This document shows positions 36,033 to 47,366 of a stretch of 64,000 bases of DNA, in pieces. The notes under the pieces are model-generated. The model did no database searches. It was not told the DNA's origin and was given only the letters and a program-made list of their open reading frames with translations. Location of the stretch: the NCBI GenBank assembly GCA_965603825.1, contig CBFDEM010000046.1:620001-684000 (forward strand). Reading direction: 5' to 3'. Made by a program: the position numbers and the translations under genes. Source of the stretch: Blepharisma stoltei ATCC 30299 (Eukaryota; Protista; Ciliophora). Position 1 is the first letter of the stretch. Each line of letters begins with the position of its first letter.

Positions 36033-37172
36033 ATGGCTGTCGAACAAATGCAAAAATTGTTCATATCTCTATGCTTGCTCGCTACAGTAAGTTTAGCTGC
36101 TGATACTGTATGCTATCCAGTCGAATGCAAGTTGAGTACTCAGACTTTTACTTCAGAAACCTGTGCATATTGGGATAAAGCCTCAGACATCTATTATTTG
36201 GAAGCTTGCAGCTCAACTTCATACTGCCCATCCCTTGACTTTGAGGATCCTGCCAATTCTACTTGTGCTACAACCCCAACTACCACTTTAAATAAGTACC
36301 CTGGCGAAAAATGCACAGCTACCTCTGACTGTGACACTACTTACGCTACAGGTGGATGTGTCGGCGGTGTCTGTGTAGGTATAAGCGCTAACGGAAACTG
36401 CACACATTATGGTGAATGCGAGCCCGGGTACTACTGCGGCTCAGAAGGCAAATGCATTTCCCAAGTAAAAGTAGGCGGCCAATGCGAAAATGATTTCCAA
36501 TGCATAAATGGGGCTGGCTGTAACATTACAACCACAGCCACTTATGGTACATGTGTTTCTTATTTCAGCGTTGATGATCATGCTCGTGTAGCAACTTGTA
36601 ATAGCACTTTGAATAATTATTTATGTGCTTCTACTATGTGTGATACTGATAATGGAGAAGCTATCTGTTTAAGCTCTGTAAAATCGAAAATGGGCAACTT
36701 ATTGCCTATGATCTGCGAAAATAACGACCAATGTGAATCAAGTGCAGACCCAGTGACTGGCTACATTTATACACTAGACTGCGTTTGTGGGCTTAATAAG
36801 CACGGCTATAGCTTCTGCAACCAATGGCCTGGAGATCCAGACTTCGCGCATCTGATACAAATGTGGAAAAAGTGGGTGTTTTCAACAAATGTCGACAAAT
36901 GCAATACCTTGAGAAGGCAGAATTTCCAGTGCATTGCTGATTGGTGGGATTCCAATGATATGACACTTTTGAATTATTTCAGCCTTAAGACGAATTACTG
37001 GCCTTATCTTCAGATGAACGATGATTGTACTCAGAATATGTTTTTGAGCGATTATTATAAAGTGCAAGAATCTTATAATGCACTTCGTAATACTACCGAT
37101 CCTGATGACCATCATGAAACATCGTCAGCTATTTTATTAGGTTTTTCGTTGCCTCTTTTAGCTTATGCTTAA
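36033..37172 (+). CDS. Cys-rich probably GPI-anchored surface protein, tandem copy A
   Basis: Signal peptide, dense Cys pattern, KYPGEKC, CVCGLNKHGYSFCNQWPGD, C-terminal SSAILLGFSLPLLAYA. Confidence 0.9.
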   Translation: MAVEQMQKLFISLCLLATVSLAADTVCYPVECKLSTQTFTSETCAYWDKASDIYYLEACSSTSYCPSLDFEDPANSTCATTPTTTLNKYPGEKCTATSDCDTTYATGGCVGGVCVGISANGNCTHYGECEPGYYCGSEGKCISQVKVGGQCENDFQCINGAGCNITTTATYGTCVSYFSVDDHARVATCNSTLNNYLCASTMCDTDNGEAICLSSVKSKMGNLLPMICENNDQCESSADPVTGYIYTLDCVCGLNKHGYSFCNQWPGDPDFAHLIQMWKKWVFSTNVDKCNTLRRQNFQCIADWWDSNDMTLLNYFSLKTNYWPYLQMNDDCTQNMFLSDYYKVQESYNALRNTTDPDDHHETSSAILLGFSLPLLAYA

Positions 37173-37307
37173 TTTAATAGCGTTATTACAAACAATTTCT
37201 ATATGATTTATTTATTTTAATTAATTTTTGAGAATTTATTGTATTTATATTTATTGAGCATTTAAATAAAATTCCATTCATTTCTGTTAATAATTTTTGT
37301 GTAAAGT

Positions 37308-37910
37308 ATGAGGGAAATATACCTATTGGAGCTATAAGAATCAAAATCCAGGGTTGCAAGATATTGGAATAAACAACTTTAAATGCTAAACACCAAAGGC
37401 TATTTGTAAAAATGATGTAAAAATTACTTGGATCCAGTGAATGCTGAAATTCTCAATAATTGGATTATGACTGAAACAAAAATTATGTATGAAAATGGGA
37501 TAGAGCCACCTGTTATTTAGCAAATGTAGCCAACAGAGGACAGTTTGAGTAAGTATTTCTGGCCAATTATTTGGTATTTTGATGGAGCGTAATGTCATAC
37601 CGATCTGCAAGCTGACCAGATCATCTAGTTACCTTGTGGGGAGATGGAACTCCAGAAGTAAAAAGATGATTCTAGCAAGGTCAGAGGTGGTTGCTTTGAC
37701 ATTTGGACAATTCTTCATCGCTAGGAAGGTATTGCACAATGGGTTCTGGCTTCATCATGGTTGAAAGCCTGATTGAAAATTTGCTTTTAAAAATTTTAAG
37801 TAGGCAAATCTGTTTGCTAGCCTTCGTTTCTAGGCGAGTAGAACCTAGTCCTTTTAGATATGCAAGAACCTGGCTAAAAATTTACATTCCTAAATGCATA
37901 AGTTTTCAAT
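37308..37910 (+). pseudogene. Decayed zf-PARP/F-box family copy split by an insertion of about 340 bp
   Basis: 37308-37490 matches the 5' part of the 39628 gene (atacctattggag.tataagaatcaaa...aatgctgaaattctcaataattggatt); 37838-37910 resumes with VEPSPFRYARTWLKI, matching VESSPSRYRRAWLEI. Confidence 0.85.
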
Positions 37911-38198
37911 GAGGCTTATTATTTATCAGGAAAATGTTTTTATGAAAATCCAGCACTTAGCATGGTTTTTGAGTACAAAAACACTAAAATGCTGTAAAAA
38001 TCCTCAAATTATAACTTTTCCAACTTAGCTTTCTGTGAACAAAGAATTTTACCACATGTAGTGACCAAAAGCGTAGCTTTTTACACTTAAAAACTTTCTT
38101 ACAATATTATTGAACATTTATTATTTTGTAGCTATTTCGAATGATTTTGGTATAGCTTACCCCAAAAAATGGAATTTTATGAACTTAAATAATCATAA

Positions 38199-39338
38199 AT
38201 GGCTGTCGAACAAATACAAAAATTGCTCATATCTCTCTGTTTACTAGCTACAATCGGTTTAGCAACTGACATTGCATGCTATCCAGTCGAGTGCAAGTTG
38301 AGTACTCAGACTTTTACTTCAGAAACCTGTGCATATTGGGATAAAGTGTCGGACACTTATTATTTGCAAGACTGCAACTCAACTTCATACTGCGCATTCC
38401 CTGAATTTGAGGATCCTGCAAATTCTACTTGTTCTACAACCCCAGTTACTGCTTTAAATAAATATCCTGGCGAAAAATGCACAGCTGACTCTGACTGTGA
38501 CACTACTTACGCTGCAGGTGGATGTGCCAGCGGTGTCTGTGTAGGTGTAAGCTCTAACGGAAACTGCACACAGAATGGTGAATGCAATCCTGGGCTTTTC
38601 TGCAGTTCAGAAGGCAAATGTGTTTCTCAGTTAAAAGTAGGCAGCCAATGTGAAAACGATTACCAATGTATAAATTGGGCTGGCTGTAATATTACAAGCA
38701 CAGCCACTTATGGTACATGTGTTTCTTATTACAGTGTTTCTGACAATACTCGTATAGCCTATTGTAGTGATGCTATGCAAACTAATTTATGCGCTTCTAC
38801 TTTATGCGATACTGTTAACGGTGAAGCAGTCTGTTTAAGCTCTCTAAAATCTAGTAAGGGTAACTTATTACCTATTATCTGTCAAAATAGTGACGAATGT
38901 GAGTCAACAGTAGACCCAGGAACTGGCAGCAGCTATACAGTAGACTGTACTTGTGGACTTAATAAGCATGGCTATAGCTTCTGTGGCCAATGGCCTGGAG
39001 ATCCAGACTATGCCAATCTGATACAGATGTGGAAAAAATGGACTCTTTCAGCAAGTATAGACAAATGCAATACAGTGAGAAGGTTTAAAAAGGTCTGTGT
39101 GGCTGACTGGTGGGATTCAAATGATGTGACACTTTTGAATTATTTCAACCTGAAGGTGAATAACTGGCCTTATCTTCAGATGAATGATGAGTGTGTTCAG
39201 GATATATTTATGAGCCTGTATTATGAAGTGAAAGAAGCTTATAATGCAATTCGCAATACTACTGATCCTGATGAGCATCATGGGTCTTCCTCAGCTATTT
39301 TATTAGCGTTTTCGCTATCTTTTTTAGCTTATGCTTAA
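38199..39338 (+). CDS. Cys-rich probably GPI-anchored surface protein, tandem copy B
   Basis: Same length (379 aa) as and colinear with copy A; shared upstream ataatcataaATGGCTGTCGAACAAAT. Confidence 0.9.
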   Translation: MAVEQIQKLLISLCLLATIGLATDIACYPVECKLSTQTFTSETCAYWDKVSDTYYLQDCNSTSYCAFPEFEDPANSTCSTTPVTALNKYPGEKCTADSDCDTTYAAGGCASGVCVGVSSNGNCTQNGECNPGLFCSSEGKCVSQLKVGSQCENDYQCINWAGCNITSTATYGTCVSYYSVSDNTRIAYCSDAMQTNLCASTLCDTVNGEAVCLSSLKSSKGNLLPIICQNSDECESTVDPGTGSSYTVDCTCGLNKHGYSFCGQWPGDPDYANLIQMWKKWTLSASIDKCNTVRRFKKVCVADWWDSNDVTLLNYFNLKVNNWPYLQMNDECVQDIFMSLYYEVKEAYNAIRNTTDPDEHHGSSSAILLAFSLSFLAYA

Positions 39339-39627
39339 ATTAATAGATAGCGTTTTACATTTAGGTTTTAAATAGAAATAAATTGAGTGTTATCACGCCT
39401 GAGGCGCCATTTATTAATTAATTTACCAATTTTAAAATAAATTTCGCATTCATCTATGATTTCTCATTTATTTTTTCATTAAATTATTTATTTCAGCTGC
39501 AATTTAATAACAAATTTTGCCCTCTGGGCAGACTAATTTTTTCCCTTACAAGGAGAAAATCTTTACAGATTTTGAGTGCCTTAATATAAATTCTATTTAT
39601 TTCTATTAATTATTATATTATTTTTCT

Positions 39628-40614
39628 ATGAGGAAAAATACATTCCAAGCTGATATTGTTAAAAAAGGCTCACCAATATGCTGTGTATGCGGTGAAGCAA
39701 TACCTATTGGAGATATAAGAATCAAAGTTCAAGGATACCATATATTGCACTTATACCACTTTAAATGCTACACCCCAAAGGTAAAGCAGTATATTTGTAA
39801 AAATGATGTAAAAAATCGCTTGGACTCAGCAAATGCTGAAATTCTCAATAATTGGATTGATGAATGAAACCAAGATTATGTCCCACTTGATAAACCTTTT
39901 CGGGAACCGCCACAATTTTCTAAACTTGTGGAATCTAGTCCCTCTAGATACAGAAGAGCCTGGCTGGAGATTTTCAAATTCCTTGACGCAATAGAGGTTT
40001 TCAAATCTTACTCTTATGTCAACAAGGAATTCTACCACATATCATGAGATCAAGAATTGTGGCACTTTTACTGCGTCAGAGATTATGCTGATGTTGCACT
40101 ATATGATCAGGAAAAAAATTATCGCTCACAATACGTAATCATATACATGGAGTCATGCTTTTGATGCCATACGCGCCAAACTGAAGAAAACTTCAAAAGG
40201 TGCCCATTAATTAAAAAACCAATTTGCGATAGCTGCAAAAAACTTGAGAGGTTTAGCTGTATGTGTAAAAAAGATATTCAGGCTAGATACGGTATAAATC
40301 CTAACATTTTACAGCTTAATTTTGGTGAAGGAGGCTGAGGGACTAAAGTTGTCTATAGATATATGGCTGAAGAAGCAATAGAGTCATTTAGAAAACGAAA
40401 TAAAGATTTTTTGCTTGGATTTATGAAGGAAAATAACTCAGACCCAACTCTGATTGAATTTCTTGAAAAAAACGATATAAAAAATATGCCATCCTGGGAT
40501 CTAAATGAAAATGTTGTGGAATCCACAGATCCAATTTACCGACTGATATACCAATATGTGAAAGACAAAGTAAATGAAAAGAGACTTCTAAGCAAATTGA
40601 GAGCTCATAAATAG
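39628..40614 (+). CDS. zf-PARP + F-box + XPA-like protein, copy 1 (328 aa)
   Basis: Continuous with TGA=W. CCVC..I..G.IRI..HFKC; WLEIFKFLD..VNKEFY..W.QELW; CFWC..PICDSC; YRYMAEEA. Confidence 0.85.
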
Positions 40615-40859
40615 CAGCTTATTAAAAGCATTTAAAATTAAAAATTAGCTAACTCCAAAAATAATCCTTATGTAAGAGCAATGGTCTCCATTAACTATAA
40701 AGGCTACTTCTTATATAAAAAATTATCGATAAAATTGCTTATTACAGTTAAAAACTATAATTTTAAAGAGTTAAATATACTATAGATTAAGTCTTTACAG
40801 TTTTTGAGCACCTTAATATAAATTCTATTTATTTCTGTTAATTATTATAATATTTTGCT

Positions 40860-41845
40860 ATGAGAAAAAATGCATTCCAAGCTGAAATTGCAAAAAGAAA
40901 CTCAAAATGCTTAGCATGTGGTGAAATCATACCTATTGGAGCTATAAAAATCAAAGTTCCAAGATTCCAGGTATTTGACTTCTACCACTTTAAATGTTAC
41001 ACGCCAAAGGTAAATCAGTATATTTGTAAAAGTGATGTAAAAAATTGCTTGGACTCAAAAAATGCTGAAATTCTTAATAATTGGATTGATGAATGAAACC
41101 AAGATTATATACCACTTGATAAACCTTTTCGGGAACCCCCACAATTTTCTAAACTTGTGGAATCTAGTCCCTCTAGATACAGAAGAGCTTGATTAGAGAT
41201 TTTCAAATTTCTTGATGCAATAGAGGTTTTCAAATCTTACTCTTATGTCAACAAGGAATTCTACCACATATCATGAGATCAAGAATTGTGGCACTCTTAC
41301 TGCGTCAGAGATTATGCTGATGTTGCACTATATGATCAGGAAAAAAATTATCGCTCACAATATGTAACCATGTACATGGAGTCATGTTTTTGATGCCATA
41401 CGCGCCAAACTGAAGAAAACTTCAAAATCTGCCCACTAATTAAAAAACCAATTTGCGATAGCTGCAAAAACTTGAGAGGTTTAGCTGTATGTGTAAGGCA
41501 AGTATTCAGGCTAGATACGGGATAAATCCTAATATTTTACAGCTTAATTTTGTAGAAGGAGGCTGGGGGACAACTAAAGTTGTCTATAGATATATGGCTG
41601 AAGAAGCAATAGAGTCATTTAGAAAACGAAATAAAGATTTTTTGCTTGGAGTAATGAAGGAAAATAACTCAGACCCAACTTTGATTGAATTTCTTGAAAA
41701 AATCGATATAAAAAATATGCCATCCTGGGATCTAAATGAAAATGTTGTAGAATTTTCAGAGCCAATTTACCAATTGATATACCAATATGTGAAAGACAAA
41801 GTAAATGAAAAGAGACTTCTAAGCAAATTGAGAGTTCATAAATAG
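40860..41845 (+). pseudogene. zf-PARP + F-box + XPA-like copy 2, with 1-bp frameshift
   Basis: TGCAAAAACTT (5 A, 41466-41470) versus TGCAAAAAACTT (6 A) in copies 1, 4 and 5; otherwise intact and near-identical to copy 1. Confidence 0.7.
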
Positions 41846-42131
41846 CAGCTTATTAAAAGCATTTAAATTAAAAATTAGCTAACTCCAAAAATAATCCTTA
41901 TGCAAGAGTAATGGTGCCCATTAACCATATAAGCTCTTTCTTATAAAAAATATCAAAAATTTATAGATACAAATTGATTATTGCAGTCAAAAAATATAAT
42001 TTTAAAAAGATAAATATACTATAACTATAATAAAATTACAGCCCTGAGACCAGAAATTATTAATGTTTAGGTTATTATATTATTTTATGAATTTTTATAG
42101 AATCATTTTATAATTATAATTGAATTCATAA

Positions 42132-43115
42132 ATGAAGAGGATCTTAATTCATGCTGAGATGGCTAGAATGGACTTAAAATGCAAAGAATGTCAGAAAAGT
42201 ATAGCGATAGGAACTTTAAAGCTTAGAATTTTCCTTGGCTTTACAGACTTGCACCATTTCGGTAATTTTCATCTTAACTGTTATGATCCTCCAGTCAAGC
42301 ACTATATTCCTAAGACTGATTTAGTTATGCGTTTAGATCCAGAAAATACCAAAATATTAAACGAGTGGCTTGAAAATTGAAATAAAAATTTTACCACACC
42401 TGCTACAATTTTTTCTAAAAGTGTGAACTCATCCCCTTCTAAATATAGAAGATCCTGAATAGAGATCTTTAGATTTCTCGATGCTGTGGAGGTTTTAAAA
42501 ATTTATTCCCAAGTAAACAAAGAATTTTACCATATATCATGAGATGAGGAATTGTGGCACTTTTACTGTCTAAGAGAATACTCAAAGGATTTAATAAATA
42601 ATAATGAGAAAAGTTACCGTTCGCAATATATAATTCTACGAACAGAATGCTGCAATTGATGCCATATGTATTTGGGTGGAGAATATTTTTATAGGTGCCC
42701 TTTGATGGGAAAGCCTCTTTGTGAAAACTGTAAAACCCTTAAGAGATTTGAACTGATGTCGAAAGGCGAAATTCTTGGAGAATTTAGAATAAATGCAAAT
42801 ATCCTGAATATAAAATTTGTAGAAGGATGCTGAGGCCGAAAAAATACTTATAGATATATGGTAGAAGAAGCAGTGGAGTCTATGTGCAAACGAAATAAAG
42901 ATTTTTTGATAAAAATATTAAGGGAAAATACAAATCCAATTTTAATTGATTTTATTGAAAAGATTGATATAAATAAAAACAAAATTTCAATAATAGACAT
43001 CAATCAAGTTATAGACGAACCGAGAAAGGAAATGTGTACAATGATTTATGAATATGTAAAATATGGATTTCACAAAGCTAAACTTTTGAAATTGCTTAAA
43101 AAATATTATAACTAA
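42132..43115 (+). CDS. zf-PARP + F-box + XPA-like protein, copy 3 (327 aa, most divergent)
   Basis: CKEC..IAIGTLKL..FHLNC; WIEIFRFLD; CNWC..PLCENC; five TGA=W. Confidence 0.85.
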
Positions 43116-43477
43116 CAAAACTAAGCTAAATATAACTAATTACAGTACCTTTTTACAAATAACTCAATAGTAAGGTTAATGCCCATACAGTTATACAAAT
43201 AATTATTAAAAATGTATAAAAAACGTCACAAACACTTGCAGGCATTATTCCTATCCTGAAAATATATTGATTTTGCTAACCTTCTTTGAATTATTACAAA
43301 TTTCTCTTTAATATACAAAAAATCATCAATTTCTGATAAACAAAATTTTTCAAAATTTTATGAATTATAACTCCCAGTGCAATAAAAGTATAATTATTCC
43401 TAGCTGTAGAAATTACTGTTTTCTTGATTTATTAAAATCAAATCTATTCAATTCTGCTGATAATTAATAATCAAAAT

Positions 43478-44467
43478 ATGAAAAAGACCTCATTTCAAGC
43501 AGAGATTAGTAAAAGACAAACAAGATGCAAAGTATGCAAGAAAACTATAGATATAGGGATTATAAGAATTAAAATCCACTCATATGATCATTTTGATTAT
43601 TACCACTTCGAATGTTATACCCCAAAGATCAAACAGTACATTTCTAAAAGTGATTTAGGGATTAGATTAGACCAAGAAAATGCTAAAATTCTAGATGCAT
43701 GGCTTGAAAACTGGAATAAAGATTATGTACCTCTAGATAAAGCTTTCCATGAGACTCCAACTTTTTCTAAACTTGTAGAAACAGCTCCTTCTAAATACAG
43801 AAGAGCATGGCTAGAAATATTTAAATTTCTTGATGCAGTAGAATTGTTTAAGATTTATTCTCATGTGAATAAAGAATTTTACCACATTTCATGGGACGAA
43901 GAATTATGGCATTTTTACTGTGTAAGAGATTATACAAATGCTGCACTGGATGATCAGAAAAAGAATTATAGAACTCAATACATAATTCTTAGAATGGAGT
44001 CATGCTTTTGGTGCCATGCACATCAATCTCAAGAAAGATTCAATAGGTGCCCATTGATAGGAAAGCCAATATGCGAAAAGTGCAAAAAACTTAAAAGATT
44101 TGAGCAGCTGCATAAGTCACAAATCGAATCACGGTATGGGATAAATCCGAATCTTCTGCAGCTGAAATTTGGTTTAGGCTATTGAAATAAAAAAGTTGTA
44201 TACAGGTATATGGTAGAAGAAGCTCTTGAAACTTTCAGAAACAGAAATAAAGAATTTCTGCTTGAAGAAATGAAGAAAATTAATTTAGACCCTACTTTGG
44301 TTGATTTTGTTGAAAATATCGATATAAAGACTGTTGATAAGCCTTGATCAGAGATATTACAAAGCTCAGGAAATCTGTATCTTCTGCCAATTCATGAGAT
44401 AATTTATAATTATATACGAGACAGAAAAGCAGAAAAAAAACTCATAAATAAACTTAAATCTACATAA
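43478..44467 (+). CDS. zf-PARP + F-box + XPA-like protein, copy 4 (329 aa)
   Basis: FQAEISKRQTRCKVCKKTIDIGIIRI..YHFECY; F-box; CFWC..CEKC; ends TAA at 44465-44467. Confidence 0.88.
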
Positions 44468-44657
44468 ACTTAATTATTATTTAACAGCTTCCTATTTATA
44501 GTCTGAAAATTAATAGCGATTTGGGTTTTTGCTCTTTTAAAGAAAATACTATAATTACTACCAGTGCAAAAATCAATACAATTATACTCAGATGCATAAT
44601 TACTGTCTTTTTGATTTATCAAAATAAATTAAATTTTCTATAATTAATAATCAAAAA

Positions 44658-45638
44658 ATGAAAAGGACTTCATTCCAAGCAGAAATAAGCAAAAGAGATA
44701 CAAAATGCAATACATGCAAGGAGAGCATAGATCGAGGAGTCATAAGAATTAAAATCCACTTAATGGATCATTATGATTATTATCACTTAAAATGCTATAC
44801 CCCCAAAATCAAACAGTATATTTCTAAAAAAGATTTAGGGATAACCCTAGACCCAGAAAATGCTAAAATTCTAGATGAATGACTTGATAACTGGAATAAA
44901 GATTATGCCCCACTTGACAAAGCTTTCCATGAGCCTCCAACTTTTTCTAAGCTGGTAGAATCGACTCCTTCTAAATACAGAAGAGCCTGGCTAGAAATAT
45001 TTAAATTTCTTGATGCAGTCGAATTGTTTAAAATTTATTCTCATGTGAATAAAGAATTTTACCACATTTCATGGGACGAAGAATTATGGCATTTTTACTG
45101 TGTAAGAGATTATACAAATGCTGCACTGGATGATGAGAAAAAGAATTATAGAACTCAATACATAATTCTTAGAATGGAGTCATGCTTTTGGTGCCATGCA
45201 CATCAATCTCAAGAAAAATTCAATAGGTGCCCATTGATAGGAAAGCCAATATGCGAAAAGTGCAAAAAACTTAAAAGATTTGAACAAATGTATAAGTCAG
45301 AAGTCGAAGCAGTCTATGGGATAAACACTAATCTTCTACAGCTGAAATTTGGAATAGGCACTTGGAACAGAAAAATTGTTTATAGATATATGGTTGATGA
45401 AGCTCTGGTTATATTCAGAAAACGAAATAAAGAATTTCTGCTTGAAGAAATGAAGAAAACTAATTTAGACCCTGCTTTGATTGATTTTGTTGAAAATATC
45501 GATATAACAACTATGGATAAATCTTGATCAGAGACATTAGAAAGCTCCGAAGATCCAGTTCATGAATTGTTTTATAACTATATAAGAGACAAAAAGTCAG
45601 AAAAAAGAGTCTTAAACAAGCTCAAATCCATAAAATAA
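44658..45638 (+). CDS. zf-PARP + F-box + XPA-like protein, copy 5 (326 aa)
   Basis: Paralog of copy 4; ends TAA at 45636-45638. Confidence 0.88.
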
Positions 45639-45678
45639 TTAAATAATCATTTTGCTTACTATTTAAGAATTACTTAAA

Positions 45679-47052
45679 TTACAAATTCTTGCTAACAATG
45701 CTTTTTATTGCTTTTTCCCATCGAAGATTAAAAGGCGGATCAATATTGACCTCTGAAGAATTCAATAAATCTAACGGTGGGACTGGCTGGCTTTTTGTAT
45801 AGTTAGGCAAGCTGTCCATTGAAGATTCAAATGAATCTATTTCTTTATTTCTCAGCTGAATCATTAGTGGATTCTCCAGAAAATTATTCGCAATTTGTAT
45901 AAGTTCGCTAGTATCTTCTTCAGTACTTTGTCTAGACTGGAATTTCACACGTGATTCCCTGATTTCTTCATCCCTTGTTTGCTGTTTTCCTCTTAATGCT
46001 TCCATAGGCAGCCTTGGAGTTTCAAAGTCTTTATCAAATGGGATTTCATATAAAGAATCTTTTATAGACGCCCCTGATTTTTTAAATGTCCCTTCAAGAG
46101 ATGCATTTAAAGAGATTCCCATCTGCTGACCATACATAGAGTTGTTTCGTGATTCTTCAAGTAAAACTGAAGCTGATTCCATATGTTGATGGGCTTGTGT
46201 GTCTGAAAAATCAATAGTGGTTTGAGATTCTTGCTCTTTTCAAGGCAGCTCAGTTTGGACACCGAAATTTGTTTTGGAGACTTCTTGGAATACTGAGTTT
46301 AGATTTTTGTTTAGTGGTTTTTCTTCAGTTGGCTCTTCATCTCAAACTGGGATTTTTTGGTCTTCTATTTTGCTTATATCTATCATGTTTTTATAGCTGG
46401 CAATATCTCTAAGAATATCATCTCTTATTTTAGAATCCACTCCTTTCAAGTACTTAGGGATTGTCCTTTGTTTTACTGTCTCTGCTGAGTTATTTTGATT
46501 ATTATACATTGAATGTGAATATGTATTGATTCTAGGTGAAAATCTTTTTCGCGTTTCTGCATTTTCTTTTCTTGATGGAGACACATTTGGAGATGTGCGG
46601 AGCCTTGAGTTCTTTAAATTTGGGGAGCCATCGCTGCGGTTGCTTTGCTTTAGTTTGTCATCTCTCACTTTAAATCGAGGGGTTTCTTCTGATTTCAAAG
46701 ATCCTCGGATGCTTGATTTCGGAGTTTTTTGGTTGAGGGGAGGCTTATTTGTGATTGTTGATTGTGAAGAAAATTCTCGTTTAGGGGCTGATACATATCT
46801 GCGATCAGGATTAAGTGTTTTTGGCATCACAGTAATAATTTCTTCTTTATTTGAGTATTGGCTCCCTTGAAGTTCACTATTTAACGATTCTCCATTTTCT
46901 ACAAGATCTCACAACTCTTCTACTGTGTATTGTTTTCCGTTTAATTTAGAAAGTCCTAAAAGAAGCACTGCTAAAATACAATTGGGCCAGTCTTTACGGC
47001 TGTAAAGGGAAAGGAAGTTTGTTATGGCAGAGCTATTATAGATCACTTCCAT
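45679..47052 (-). CDS. Hypothetical protein (457 aa)
   Basis: Three track ORFs join in frame via TGA=W from ATG at 47052 (MEVIYNSSAITNFLSLYSRKDW). Confidence 0.8.
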
Positions 47053-47366
47053 TTTTTCAAATTTATCCTTAAGAAGAAAAGAGATATAATTAAAAAACAA
47101 GTCATTTTTGCGAGAAAATAATAACACAAAGTAGGAAACTCACAAAATTTTTATTTTTAAAGGAGTTAAATTTTTATTAATAAAATAATTTAATTTTTCA
47201 GCTGTTTTATTAAAAATTTCACTATTCTACTTATCAAGATATATAAAGAATTAAAAAAATGTATAAATGAATATACGATTAGTGAAAATATTTTTAAAAA
47301 ATATTATATATTATCGTTGTTAAATTTGTATTAGGATCAATTTAAATTTACCATCACATGCTACTA

